Shown here piece by piece: positions 21,400 to 31,729 of a stretch of 64,000 bases of DNA; within the stretch, counting starts at the first letter, position 1, and the number at the start of each line of letters is the position of its first letter. The stretch spans positions 160,001-224,000 of the forward strand of contig CBDDPY010000002.1 of the NCBI GenBank assembly GCA_965232515.1. Direction: 5' to 3'. The notes under the pieces were generated by a model. The model saw only the letters and a program-made list of their open reading frames with translations. It was not told the origin of the DNA and did no database searches. This DNA is from Alphaproteobacteria bacterium. Lineage in GTDB: Bacteria > Pseudomonadota > Alphaproteobacteria > GCA-2731375. The position numbers were made by a program, and so were the translations under genes.

Positions 21400-24300
21400 A
21401 TGTATTTCGACCGGCGGCTGTGGGCATTCACCAAGGGCGTGCGGGGTCGGATCTTTGGCGCGGTGGCTGTCGGGCTGCTGTCGGCCGGATTCGGCGTCGC
21501 GCGGTTGGCGCTGCTCGGCTGGCTGCTGGCCAAGCTGTTCGGCGGCGCCAGCCTCGACGACTTGATGCTACCGGCCTTGTTGGTCGCGCTGGCCATGGTG
21601 GTGCGGGGCTGGCTAGAATATTGGCGGACCATGGTTGCGCACCGCACCGCCGCCATCGTCCAGTTGCATCTGCGGCAGCTACTCTACGACAAGGCGGTGG
21701 TGCTGGGGCCGGCGCATTTCGGGCTCGAGCGCACCGGCGACGTGATCAGCTCCATGGTCGAGGGCGTCGAGCAACTCGAAACGTTCTTTGGCCAGTATCT
21801 GCCGCAGCTCTTCGTCTCGGTTCTGACGCCGATCGCTATCTTCGGCTTCGTCGCCTTCCTCGACCTGCCGGTCGCCGCCTTGCTGACAGGCTTTGCCCTG
21901 CTGTCGCTGATCGCGCCGATGGCCTTCCACAGCTGGGACCGCGACAACTCGCTGGCGCGGTCCAAGGCCTACCGGTCATTCGCGGCTGAGTTCCTCGATT
22001 CGGTGCAGGGTCTGGCCACGCTGAAGGCATTCGGGCAGGGACGCGAGCGCGCAAAGGTGCTGGCCGAGAAGGCGCATGACGTGTTCCGCACCACGATGTG
22101 GGTGCTGGGCACCAATACGCTGTCGCGCGGCATCACCGATACCGGCATCGCCGTCGGCGCGGCGGCGACGCTGGCGCTCGGCGCCTATCGCGTCACCGAC
22201 GGCGCCATGTCGCTCGAGGCGCTGCTGATCATCCTGATGATGGGCACGGAAGTGTTCCGGCCGCTGCGCGACCTGCGCACCTATCTGCATCAGGGCATGG
22301 TGGGCGCCTCGGCGGCGCAGGGCATCTACGCCATTCTGGATGCCACGCCGATGATTCCGCCAACGGCCAGTGAGCCCCGCGCGGATCTGGCGCCGACGGT
22401 GACCTTCGAGGACGTGCAGTTCAGCTACCCCGGCGCACGAGGATCAGCGCATAAGGGTCTGAATTTCCATGTTTCCGCCGGCGAGCGGATCGGCATCGTC
22501 GGCCCCAGCGGCGCCGGCAAGTCGTCGATCGTGCGCCTGCTGCAGCGGCTCTACGATCCGCAGGCCGGGCGGGTGCTGCTCGGCGGCGTCGATCTGCGCG
22601 AACTCGGCCTGGCGCAGATCCGCGCGCGTATGGCCGTGGTGAACCAGGACACGTATCTCTTCCACGGCACCGTCGAGGACAATCTGCGGTTCGGAAAGCC
22701 CGATGCCAGTCATCAAGAGTTGGAAGCGGCCGCCCGCGCTGCCAACGCGCATGACTTCATCGAACGCCTGCCGCAGGGCTACCGGACGGTCGTGGGCGAA
22801 CGCGGCATCCGGCTCTCGGGCGGCCAGCGGCAGCGCATCGCCATCGCGCGGGCCCTGCTGCGCGACGCCCCGATCCTGATCCTGGACGAGGCGCTGTCGG
22901 CGGTCGACGCCGAGAACGAGGCGGTGATCCAGGAGGCGCTCAACCGGCTGATGGTCGGCCGCACGACGCTAATCTTCGCCCATCGCCTGTCGAGCGTGAT
23001 CGACGCCGACCGTATCCTCGCCCTGCAGGACGGTCAGATCGTCGAAAGTGGGACGCACGACGAGTTGATGGCGAAGCAGGGCGCCTACTATCGCCTGATG
23101 GCGGCGCAGGCCCAGGACTCGGCCGAGCATCGGGACGATCTGCTGGATGACGCGCGCGAGCGGCGCATCGCCGACGCGCTGCCGGCGCAGACCGACGATG
23201 CGCAGATGGAGCCGACCGACTCCATCCTGCGCGCGGAGGGCATGGGCTGGGGCCGCGCGACCGTCGAGCTGATGCGGCTGATCCTTCCGTGGAAGGGCCA
23301 GATGTCGCTGACCTTCCTGTTCGGAGTCGCCCGCGTCGTCGCCTATATCGGCGTCGGCGTGTTCAGCGCGCTCATCGTCGCCGCGGTGAAGGGCGGCGAG
23401 CCGTTCGGCTGGCTGCTGCTGGCGCTGGCGATCACGGCGCCGCTCGCCGGCCTGCTGCACTGGTTCGAATCCTGGCTCGCGCACGACATGGCATTCCGGC
23501 TGCTGGCCGAGTTACGGGTGGCGCTATTCGACAAGCTGGAGGGCCTGGCGCCAGCCTATCTGCTGCGCCGCCGCACGGGCGATCTGACGGCGATGGCGAC
23601 GCAGGACGTCGAGACGGTCGAATACTTCTTCGCCCATACCGTGGCGCCGGCGTTCGTGGCGGTGCTGGTGCCGGGCGTCGTGCTGGCGACGCTGGTCGCC
23701 TTCGGCTGGCCCATGGCCGCGGCCTTGCTGCCGTTCCTGGCCCTGGTCGCGCTCAGCCCCGTGGTGATGCGCCATCGCATCGACGTGCTCGGCTCGCGGG
23801 CGCGCGAGGCGCTCGGCGACCTCAACGCGCATGCCGTCGACACTATTCAGGGCCTGAGCGAGATCGCCGCCTTTCAGCAGGAGGCGGCGCGGCGCGACGA
23901 GTTCACCCAGCGCATCGAACGGCACCACCGGCTGCGGCTGCCGTTCTTCCGGGACCTGACGATCCAGACGGCGTTGCTCGAGGCCGCGACCGGCCTCGGC
24001 GGCCTCGCGGTCATCGTCGCCGGCGCGTACCTGATCGACAGCGGCGCCGTGACGTCAAGCATCCTGCCGCTGCTGACTCTGTTGGCCATGTCGGCCTTCC
24101 TGCCGGTCTCCGAGATCGCCCATATCGGCCGGCAGCTTGCCGACACCCTGGGCTCGACCCGACGTCTCTACGCCGTGCACAACGAGCCCGTGACCATCAC
24201 CGACGGGCCGGGCGCGCCGGCGGGCTCCGGTTCCGGCGGCGTCTCGCTGGAACTTGAAGACGTCGATTTCGCATATCAGGGCACGACGCGCCGGGCCCTG

Positions 24301-24990
24301 CACGGTGTGAGTTTCGAGGTGCCGGCCGGCCGGACTGTCGCGCTCGTCGGCCCGTCAGGGGCCGGCAAGACCACCATCGCCCACATGCTGATGCGGTTCT
24401 GGGACCCAGCATCGGGCGTGGTGCGCCTGGACGGCCACGACCTGCGCGATTACCGCGCCGACGATTTGCGCCAGCATGTGGCGCTGGTCTCACAGGACAC
24501 GTTCCTGTTCAACGATACGCTGAAGGCCAACATCCTGATCGCCAGGCCGGAGGCTGGCGACGACGAGATCATGCAGGCGCTACAGCGCGCCTCGCTGGAA
24601 GACTTCGTGTCGGCGTTGCCCGACGGCCTCGACACCCGCGTCGGCGAGCGCGGCATGCGCCTCTCGGGCGGCCAGCGACAGCGCGTCGCCATTGCGCGTG
24701 CCGTGCTGCGTGACGCGCCGGTGCTGATCCTCGACGAAGCGACGTCGCATCTCGACGCGGTAAACGAGCAGGCCGTGCGTCATGCGCTCGAGGAACTGAT
24801 GGCCGACCGGACCACCGTCGTCATCGCGCATCGTTTATCGACCGTGCGCAACGCGAATCTGATCGTCGCGCTGGACGAGGGCCGCGTCGCCGAGACCGGC
24901 ACGCACACCGAGCTGCTGGCGCGCGGCGGCCTCTACGCGCAACTCGTGGCCCGGCAACTGGGCGGCAGCGCCGCGTCGGCCGCCGAGTAA
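21400..24990 (+). CDS. Fused full-length ABC transporter (TMD-NBD-TMD-NBD), CydD/CydC-like exporter fold
   Basis: Two TM blocks and two complete NBDs (GPSGAGKS/T, LSGGQRQR, LDEA, AHRLS); FFGQYLPQ and AHDMAFRLLAELR resemble CydD- and CydC-type halves. Confidence 0.9.
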   Translation: MYFDRRLWAFTKGVRGRIFGAVAVGLLSAGFGVARLALLGWLLAKLFGGASLDDLMLPALLVALAMVVRGWLEYWRTMVAHRTAAIVQLHLRQLLYDKAVVLGPAHFGLERTGDVISSMVEGVEQLETFFGQYLPQLFVSVLTPIAIFGFVAFLDLPVAALLTGFALLSLIAPMAFHSWDRDNSLARSKAYRSFAAEFLDSVQGLATLKAFGQGRERAKVLAEKAHDVFRTTMWVLGTNTLSRGITDTGIAVGAAATLALGAYRVTDGAMSLEALLIILMMGTEVFRPLRDLRTYLHQGMVGASAAQGIYAILDATPMIPPTASEPRADLAPTVTFEDVQFSYPGARGSAHKGLNFHVSAGERIGIVGPSGAGKSSIVRLLQRLYDPQAGRVLLGGVDLRELGLAQIRARMAVVNQDTYLFHGTVEDNLRFGKPDASHQELEAAARAANAHDFIERLPQGYRTVVGERGIRLSGGQRQRIAIARALLRDAPILILDEALSAVDAENEAVIQEALNRLMVGRTTLIFAHRLSSVIDADRILALQDGQIVESGTHDELMAKQGAYYRLMAAQAQDSAEHRDDLLDDARERRIADALPAQTDDAQMEPTDSILRAEGMGWGRATVELMRLILPWKGQMSLTFLFGVARVVAYIGVGVFSALIVAAVKGGEPFGWLLLALAITAPLAGLLHWFESWLAHDMAFRLLAELRVALFDKLEGLAPAYLLRRRTGDLTAMATQDVETVEYFFAHTVAPAFVAVLVPGVVLATLVAFGWPMAAALLPFLALVALSPVVMRHRIDVLGSRAREALGDLNAHAVDTIQGLSEIAAFQQEAARRDEFTQRIERHHRLRLPFFRDLTIQTALLEAATGLGGLAVIVAGAYLIDSGAVTSSILPLLTLLAMSAFLPVSEIAHIGRQLADTLGSTRRLYAVHNEPVTITDGPGAPAGSGSGGVSLELEDVDFAYQGTTRRALHGVSFEVPAGRTVALVGPSGAGKTTIAHMLMRFWDPASGVVRLDGHDLRDYRADDLRQHVALVSQDTFLFNDTLKANILIARPEAGDDEIMQALQRASLEDFVSALPDGLDTRVGERGMRLSGGQRQRVAIARAVLRDAPVLILDEATSHLDAVNEQAVRHALEELMADRTTVVIAHRLSTVRNANLIVALDEGRVAETGTHTELLARGGLYAQLVARQLGGSAASAAE

Positions 24991-24999
24991 GGGGCCAGG

Positions 25000-26226
25000 A
25001 TGGTCGCTGGCACCGCGGGCGAGGGTACGTCCGCCGATCTGAAGCGTGCGCCGCCGCTGATCATCCTGATCCTGGCGACCATGGCGAGCACGTTCGCGCT
25101 CAATGTGTTCATGCCGTCGATGCCAGGCATCGCGCGGTACTTCGAAACCGATTTCGCCACCGTCCAACTGACGCTGACGCTATTTCTGGTCGGCGTCGCC
25201 TTCGGTCAGCTCTTGTACGGGCCGATCTCCGACCGCTTCGGCCGTCGGCCGGTGCTGTTGGCCGGCATGGTGATTTATCTCGTCGCCAGTATCGGCGCGG
25301 TGTTCGCGACAAGCATCGAAATGCTGATCGCGGCGCGCATGCTGCAGGCCATTGGCGCCTGTTCGGGCATGGTGCTGGCGCGCGCCATGGTCCGCGACGT
25401 CTATGCCCGCGACCGGGCCGCCAGCATGCTGGGCTACGTCACCATGGCGATGGCCGTGGCGCCGGCCATCGCGCCCGCCATCGGCGGCCAGCTCGAGGTC
25501 TGGTTCGGCTGGCGCGCCAGCTTCGTTCTGGTCGCCGGCTTCGCGGTGCTGCTGATCCTGCTTTGTCTGCCCTTGCTGCACGAGACGCATTTCGACCGCA
25601 TTCGGCGCTTCGACCTGACCAGTATGCTGGCGAGCTACGCTTCGCTTGTCCGCTCGCCGCTCTACGCCGGCTATACATTGCACGTGGCCTTCAGCGCCGG
25701 CGCGTTTTTCGCCTTCCTCGGCGGCGCGCCCTATGTGGTGATCGAGCTGCTGGGCGCCAGCCCGCGCGACTACGGCCTCTATTTCCTGCTGGTCGCCGGT
25801 GGCTATTCGGTCGGCAGCTTCGTCGCCGGCCGTTTGTCGCAACGCGTCGGCGTCGATGGCATGATCCTGCTGGGCGTCGGCGTCGCTCTGGTCGGCGTCG
25901 GCGCCATGGCCGCGCTGGCGCTCGCCGGCTATTTCACGCTGGCGGCGATCTTCTTTCCGGTCTCGCTGATCTCGATCGGCAACGGTATCAGCCAGCCGAA
26001 CGGCATCGCCGGCGCGGTCAGCGTCAACCCACGCATCGCCGGCGCCGCGGCCGGTCTGCTCGGCTTCCTGCAGATGGCCATGGGCGGCGTGCTGACCGTG
26101 ATCCTCGGACAGATTCTGACCGACAACCAGATGCCGCTGATCGTGATTATCGCTGTATCGACCCTGCTGGCGCTCGCCTGCCAGCTCTGGGTGCTGTCGC
26201 TGAAGCGGCGGTCGGGTGAAGGCTAA
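25000..26226 (+). CDS. MFS transporter, Bcr/CflA family
   Basis: GQLLYGPISDRFGRRPV motif A, ARAMVRD, APAIGG, about 12 TM. Confidence 0.92.
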   Translation: MVAGTAGEGTSADLKRAPPLIILILATMASTFALNVFMPSMPGIARYFETDFATVQLTLTLFLVGVAFGQLLYGPISDRFGRRPVLLAGMVIYLVASIGAVFATSIEMLIAARMLQAIGACSGMVLARAMVRDVYARDRAASMLGYVTMAMAVAPAIAPAIGGQLEVWFGWRASFVLVAGFAVLLILLCLPLLHETHFDRIRRFDLTSMLASYASLVRSPLYAGYTLHVAFSAGAFFAFLGGAPYVVIELLGASPRDYGLYFLLVAGGYSVGSFVAGRLSQRVGVDGMILLGVGVALVGVGAMAALALAGYFTLAAIFFPVSLISIGNGISQPNGIAGAVSVNPRIAGAAAGLLGFLQMAMGGVLTVILGQILTDNQMPLIVIIAVSTLLALACQLWVLSLKRRSGEG

Positions 26227-27707
26227 GCAGTCGCGGCGGAGCGGCCGGCGATCTTGCCGAACACAGAGCCAGCCATCAGGCCGGTGCCGCCGGGATAGTT
26301 GAAATAGAACAGGCCGCCGACCAGCTCGCCGGCGGCGTAGAGTCCCGGGATCGGTCGGGCGTCGGTGTCGAGCACCTGCGCGTTGCCGTCGACCTTCAGG
26401 CCGCCGAAGGTGAAGGTGATGCCGCAGGTGACGGCATAGGCCTCGAACGGCGGCGTGTCGAGCGTGTTGGCCCAGTTCGATTTCGGCAGGGCAAGCCCTT
26501 CGGTGCCGCGTCCGTCCTTGACGTTGGGATTGAACGGCACGTCGGTTTTCACCGCCGCGTTGTAAGCTTCGACGGTCTTCAGGAAACCCGCCGGGTCGAC
26601 GTCGTCGAGCTGCTCGGCCAGCGCCTCCAGGCTGTCGGCGGATCGTTTGGTGACCTGTCGGATGCGGTATTCGTCACGCAGCAGGTGGGTCACCTTCTGG
26701 TCGAAGACCTGCCAGGCGAACTGGCCCGGCTGCTTCAGCACTTCGCCGCCGTATTTCGCATAGGTGTAGTTGCGGAAGTCGGCGCCCTCATCGACGAAGC
26801 GCTCGCCCCGGGCATTCACCAGAATGCCGAAGGGATAGCTGTGTTTCTGAAAGCCATCACCGACGGCGAGATCGCCGAACTCGGGCGCATTCCGGTCCCA
26901 GCCGACGGCGTGGCAGCCGGACCAGTTGCCGGTCGGCATGGCGCCGATATCGAGCGCCATCCTGATGCCGTCGCCGGTGTTGAAGCGGGTGCCGCGCACG
27001 CGGGCGAGCTCCCAGCCCGGACCGAGATAGCGCGTGCGCATCTCGGCGTTGGCCTCGAATCCGCCGGCCGCCAGCACCACCGATTTCGCGGCGATGTCGC
27101 GCAATTCGCCGTCCTGCTTCACATGCACGCCGTGGACCTTGATCTCGTCGTAGAGCAGCGACAGGGCTCGGCAGTTATAGAATACGTCGACGCCATTCTT
27201 GGCCGCCGCCTCGGTCCAGGCTTCCACCAGGCCGGGACCGCCGCCCCAGGCCTCGACCGTCAGGCCGCCCCAAAACTTGAACTTGCCGTCGACCTTGAAG
27301 GCCTGCCGGCCCCAGATTGGCGCGAAGCGGACGCCCTTCGAACGCATCCAGCGCATGGTCTCGAAGCTGTTGCGCACCAGGATCTCGGCCATGTCGGGGT
27401 CGGTCCGGTACTGGGTCACCCGGAACATATCGTCGAAGAACTGGTCCTCGGTATAGCTGCCGAAATCGGTGTTGGCGATCTCGTCATTGGTGAGATCCGG
27501 CATGAGCTGCCGCAGGTCGTCGATGCCGTTATAGGCGAAGCGGATGGCGCCGGCCGTAAACCGGCTGTTGCCGCCGGACTCGTCGGGTGAGGCACGCTCA
27601 AGCACGGCCACCTTGGCGCCGTTCTCGGCCGCCGACAGGGCGGCGCTAAAGGCGGCGTTTCCGGCGCCCACGACAACGACATCATACGCTTGCTCACTCA
27701 CCGGCAT
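26223..27707 (-). CDS. tcuA: FAD-dependent tricarballylate dehydrogenase TcuA/CobZ-like flavoprotein
   Basis: VVGAGNAA, GGNSRF, AAGGFEAN, GITFTFGGL, GLYAAGE, YPGGTGL; no tcuB neighbour. Confidence 0.75.
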   Translation of the reverse strand: MPVSEQAYDVVVVGAGNAAFSAALSAAENGAKVAVLERASPDESGGNSRFTAGAIRFAYNGIDDLRQLMPDLTNDEIANTDFGSYTEDQFFDDMFRVTQYRTDPDMAEILVRNSFETMRWMRSKGVRFAPIWGRQAFKVDGKFKFWGGLTVEAWGGGPGLVEAWTEAAAKNGVDVFYNCRALSLLYDEIKVHGVHVKQDGELRDIAAKSVVLAAGGFEANAEMRTRYLGPGWELARVRGTRFNTGDGIRMALDIGAMPTGNWSGCHAVGWDRNAPEFGDLAVGDGFQKHSYPFGILVNARGERFVDEGADFRNYTYAKYGGEVLKQPGQFAWQVFDQKVTHLLRDEYRIRQVTKRSADSLEALAEQLDDVDPAGFLKTVEAYNAAVKTDVPFNPNVKDGRGTEGLALPKSNWANTLDTPPFEAYAVTCGITFTFGGLKVDGNAQVLDTDARPIPGLYAAGELVGGLFYFNYPGGTGLMAGSVFGKIAGRSAATA

Positions 27708-27821
27708 CCTCCCTCGATCGCGGCGACCGTATCCTAGCACCAATGCCATGGCGCGGCGTGACGGCGGGCCGATCGGCGCTTATGATCGGGGCCGGGGATG
27801 CATCAGGACGAGCCGCCGCGC

Positions 27822-29111
27822 ATGAAAGTGGAACTCAACTACGGCAAGGGCAAGCTGCCGGTCAATCTGTCGGACGACTGGGACGTGACGGTCGTGGCCA
27901 AGGACAGCATGCCGCTGATCGCCGATCCGGCCGACGCCATGCGACAGGCGCTCCGCCGGCCGGTCGGCGCGCCGCCGCTTGCCGAACAGGCCCGCGGTTG
28001 CCGCAGCGCCTGCATCCTGATCTGCGACATCACCCGGCCGGTGCCGAACGGCGTGATCCTACCGCCCCTGATCCGCGAGCTGCTGGACGCCGGGGTACCG
28101 GCCGACGCCGTCACCGTCGTCGTCGCCACCGGCCTGCACCGGCCGAACGAAGGCGACGAGCTGGCCGAGCTGGTTGGCGACCCCTGGGTGCTTGGGACCG
28201 TCAACGTGGTCAACCACTTTGCCGAGCGAGACGACGACCATGTCGTGCTCGGCCGCACGAAAACACGCGACACTGTCGTCAGCCTCGACCGTCGCCTCGT
28301 CGAGGCCGAGTTGAAGATCGCCACCGGCCTGGTCGAGCCGCACTTCATGGCCGGCTATTCCGGCGGCCGCAAGGTCATCGCGCCGGGCGTCGCCCATAAG
28401 GAAACCATCACCACCTTCCATAGCGCCCGCTTCATGGAGCATCCACGCGCGGCCAACTGCGTGCTCGACGGCAACCCCTTGCACGAAGAGCAGCTGCAGA
28501 TTGTCGAGATGCTGGGCGGCGCGCTCGCAGTCAACGCCGTGATCGACGACGAACGACGTCTGTCGTTCATCAATTACGGCGAGATCGTCGAGAGCCACCT
28601 GCAGGCCGTCGACTACATCCGGCGCTACGCCGAAGTGCCGGTAGCGCGGCGCTTCAAGACGGTGGTCACCAGCGCCGCCGGCTATCCGCTGGACAAGACC
28701 TACTATCAAACCGTGAAGGGCATGGTCGGTCCGATCGACATCCTCGAGCCCGGCGGCAATCTCGTTATCGCGTCGGCCTGCTCGGAAGGCATGGGGTCGT
28801 CACACTATGTCGAGGCCCAGCGGCGCCTGGTCGCGCTGGGGCCGGACGGCTTCCTCGCCGACATTGAGAAAAAGAGCCATGCCGATATCGACGAATGGCA
28901 GACCGAGATGCAGCTCAAGCCCATGCGGCTCGGCGCCATCCACCTCTTCAGCGACGGCCTCGACGGCGAGGCGCGGGGGCTGACCGGGGTCAACGTCACC
29001 GACTCCGTCGACGATGCCGTCCGCCAGAGCGTCGCGCAGACCGGCGACCGCGCCGTCGCCGTGATCCCGGAGGGTCCCTACGTCGTGCCGGTCTACCAGC
29101 CGGCGGCCTGA
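27822..29111 (+). CDS. larA: Nickel-pincer-dependent lactate racemase family protein (LarA homolog)
   Basis: DITRP, ATGLHRP, VNH, PHFMAGYSGGRK, GYPLD..YQTVKG; followed by larC/E/B. Confidence 0.9.
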   Translation: MKVELNYGKGKLPVNLSDDWDVTVVAKDSMPLIADPADAMRQALRRPVGAPPLAEQARGCRSACILICDITRPVPNGVILPPLIRELLDAGVPADAVTVVVATGLHRPNEGDELAELVGDPWVLGTVNVVNHFAERDDDHVVLGRTKTRDTVVSLDRRLVEAELKIATGLVEPHFMAGYSGGRKVIAPGVAHKETITTFHSARFMEHPRAANCVLDGNPLHEEQLQIVEMLGGALAVNAVIDDERRLSFINYGEIVESHLQAVDYIRRYAEVPVARRFKTVVTSAAGYPLDKTYYQTVKGMVGPIDILEPGGNLVIASACSEGMGSSHYVEAQRRLVALGPDGFLADIEKKSHADIDEWQTEMQLKPMRLGAIHLFSDGLDGEARGLTGVNVTDSVDDAVRQSVAQTGDRAVAVIPEGPYVVPVYQPAA

Positions 29112-29131
29112 CGCCCGAGGGCCATCCGCCC

Positions 29132-30310
29132 ATGCGCATTCATCTCGATCCGATCGGCGGCATCGCCGGCGACATGTTCCTGGCCGCGGTGCTGGATGCC
29201 TGGCCGGAGCTGGCCGATGGGCTGCGCGAAGCCGTAACTGCGGCCGGTCTGCCGGATGCCTGCCGTCTGCTGATCGAGCCCAAGCAGGACGGCACCTTCA
29301 CCGGCGCCCGCTTCGCCGTTGTCGTTGATGGCGACCTGCCACGGCCGGCCGGCGCCTGGCGCGAGATCCGCGAGCGGCTTGCCGACAGTGCGCTGCCGGG
29401 TGATGTGCGCGACCGCGCCATCGATATTTTCCAGTTGCTGGCCGAGGCCGAAGGCGCGGTGCACGGCAAGCCGCCGGACGAAGTGCATTTCCATGAGATC
29501 GCCGGGTGGGACTCGGTCGCCGACATCGTCGGCGCGGCCTACGTGATCGACGCCATCGGCGCCACCGGCTGGTCGGTGGCGCCGCTGCCGCTGGGCGGCG
29601 GCCGGGTCAAGAGCGCCCACGGATCGCTGCCCATACCTGCGCCCGCGACGGCCGAGCTGCTTCAGGGATTCGCTATGATCGACGACGGCGTCGGCGGCGA
29701 ACGGGTGACGCCGACCGGGGCGGCAATCCTCAAGCACTTGTCGGTCGATGCCGGCGCCCCACGGCAGTCCGTCAAGATTGCAAAAACCGGTATCGGCTTC
29801 GGCACCCGGACGCTGCCGGGCATGAGCAACATTCTCCGGCTGCTCGCCTTCGAAGAGCAGACGGCCGTGCGCCGCGACGGCGAGGTCGCGGTGATTGCCT
29901 TCGAGGTGGATGACCAGACGCCGGAAGACCTTGCGGCGGGGCTCGATAATCTTCGCGCAAGACCCGAGGTGCTCGATGCGCTCCAAACGCCGGCGATCGG
30001 CAAGAAGGGCCGCAGCGTGGCGCGGATACAGGTCCTGTGCCGTCCGCAGGCGCTGAATTCGGTCATCGACGCTTGTTTCGCCGAGACCGCGACCATAGGT
30101 CTTCGATGGAGCATCGCGGCCCGGGCCGAGCTGGCGCGCGACGAGACCCGCGTCGATGGCGTCGGCGTCAAACGTGTACGGCGGCCGGGCGGCGTGAGGA
30201 CGGCGAAAGCCGAGCTCGACGATCTTGCTAGCCTGCCGCTGTCCGAACGGCAAGCGCGGCGGCGGTCGGCGGAAGCGGCCGCGTTGGAGGAGGACGATGA
30301 CGGAACGTAA
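29132..30310 (+). CDS. larC: Nickel insertion protein LarC
   Basis: GGIAGDMFL, EAEGAVHG..VHFHE, PIPAPAT, TPTGAA, EVDD, KKGR. Confidence 0.9.
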   Translation: MRIHLDPIGGIAGDMFLAAVLDAWPELADGLREAVTAAGLPDACRLLIEPKQDGTFTGARFAVVVDGDLPRPAGAWREIRERLADSALPGDVRDRAIDIFQLLAEAEGAVHGKPPDEVHFHEIAGWDSVADIVGAAYVIDAIGATGWSVAPLPLGGGRVKSAHGSLPIPAPATAELLQGFAMIDDGVGGERVTPTGAAILKHLSVDAGAPRQSVKIAKTGIGFGTRTLPGMSNILRLLAFEEQTAVRRDGEVAVIAFEVDDQTPEDLAAGLDNLRARPEVLDALQTPAIGKKGRSVARIQVLCRPQALNSVIDACFAETATIGLRWSIAARAELARDETRVDGVGVKRVRRPGGVRTAKAELDDLASLPLSERQARRRSAEAAALEEDDDGT

Positions 30311-31085
30311 GCTCGCCGCTCTTCACGACGTGCTGGACGGGTGCGACCGCATCGCCGTCGCCGTCAGCGGCGGCGTCGACAGCATGACGCTCGGCACCGT
30401 TGCCCATCGCCGCGTGGCCGACGCGACCATGTTCCATGCGGTCTCGCCGGCCGTGCCCCCCGAGGCAACCGAACGCGTGAAATCCTACGCCAAACGCGAG
30501 GGCTGGCGATTGCGGGTGGTAGACGCCGGCGAATACGACGATCCCGACTACCGCGCCAATCCGGTCAACCGCTGTTTCTACTGCAAGCAGAACCTCTACG
30601 GCACCATCGCCGGCCTAACCGACGCGCCGATCGCGTCGGGTACGAACCTGGACGATCTCGGCGACTTCCGGCCCGGCCTGATGGCGGCGGAACGGCATGG
30701 CGTTCGCCATCCCTTTGTCGAGGCCGACATCGATAAAGCAACCGTGCGCCGCATCGCGGCAGGCCTTGGGCTGGAAGACATCGCCGATCTGCCGGCCGCG
30801 CCGTGCCTGTCCAGCCGGATCGAGACCGGCATTGCCATCGATGCCGACAGCCTTGCCTTCGTGCACCGCGTCGAGCGGCTGTTGACGGACGGCCTGTCGC
30901 CGCGAACCGTGCGGTGCCGGGTGCGCAACGAGGGCATCGTCGTCGAGCTCGATCCCGAGGCGCTGACCCGCCTGTCCGACCGGCCCGACCTGAAGAACGC
31001 GGTCGCCGCGGCGAGCGCACGCGGCGGCTATGGCGGCGAGGTCGGCTTCACGGCTTATCGCATGGGCAGCGCGTTTCTCCGGTGA
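30297..31085 (+). CDS. larE: NPN sulfur transferase LarE (PP-loop)
   Basis: AVSGGVDS PP-loop, NRCFYCK, GTNLDDLGDFRPG, PCLSSR. Confidence 0.88.
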   Translation: MTERKLAALHDVLDGCDRIAVAVSGGVDSMTLGTVAHRRVADATMFHAVSPAVPPEATERVKSYAKREGWRLRVVDAGEYDDPDYRANPVNRCFYCKQNLYGTIAGLTDAPIASGTNLDDLGDFRPGLMAAERHGVRHPFVEADIDKATVRRIAAGLGLEDIADLPAAPCLSSRIETGIAIDADSLAFVHRVERLLTDGLSPRTVRCRVRNEGIVVELDPEALTRLSDRPDLKNAVAAASARGGYGGEVGFTAYRMGSAFLR

Positions 31086-31729
31086 GCGACGACCACGTCT
31101 TCGATTTCCAACGCCAGGACCGTATCGGTCTGGCCGAGGCCGTACTGTGCGAGGGCAAGACGCCGGGCCAGATCGACGCCATCATCGCCACCGCGCTCGG
31201 TAACGAAAAGCGGCTGCTGCTGACGCGCCTTGCCGAGGACGTCGTTGCGCAACTTGACGCGCCGATGGATTACGACCCGCTGTCGCGCACCGGCATTGTC
31301 GGCGAGGCCGATCCACCCGCCGACGCGGCGTCGGTGGCGGTGGTGACCGCCGGCACGTCGGATCTGCCGGTCGCGCGCGAGGCGACCCGCACGCTCGGTT
31401 TCTACGGCAAGGCGGTGACCGAGATAAACGACGTCGGCGTCGCCGGCCTGTGGCGGCTGCTGGCGCGCGAGGATGACCTGCGGCGGCATGCCTGCGTGAT
31501 CGTCGTGGCCGGCATGGAGGGCGCGCTGTTCAGCGTCGTCGCCGGCCTCGTGCCCGGCATGGTGATCGCGGTGCCGACCTCGACCGGCTATGGCGCCGCG
31601 AACGGCGGAAACACGGCGCTGCACGCGGCGCTGTCGAGCTGCGCGCCGGGCCTGGTCGTCGTCAATATCGACAACGGCTACGGCGCGGCCAGCGCCGCCT
31701 TACGCTTCCTGGCCGCGCGCGATCAGTAA
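31082..31729 (+). CDS. larB: NPN biosynthesis carboxylase/hydrolase LarB (PurE-like)
   Basis: GTG start; TAGTSDLPVA, DVGVAGLWRL, AGMEGAL, VPTSTGYG, VVNIDNGYGAA. Confidence 0.92.
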   Translation: MSDDHVFDFQRQDRIGLAEAVLCEGKTPGQIDAIIATALGNEKRLLLTRLAEDVVAQLDAPMDYDPLSRTGIVGEADPPADAASVAVVTAGTSDLPVAREATRTLGFYGKAVTEINDVGVAGLWRLLAREDDLRRHACVIVVAGMEGALFSVVAGLVPGMVIAVPTSTGYGAANGGNTALHAALSSCAPGLVVVNIDNGYGAASAALRFLAARDQ

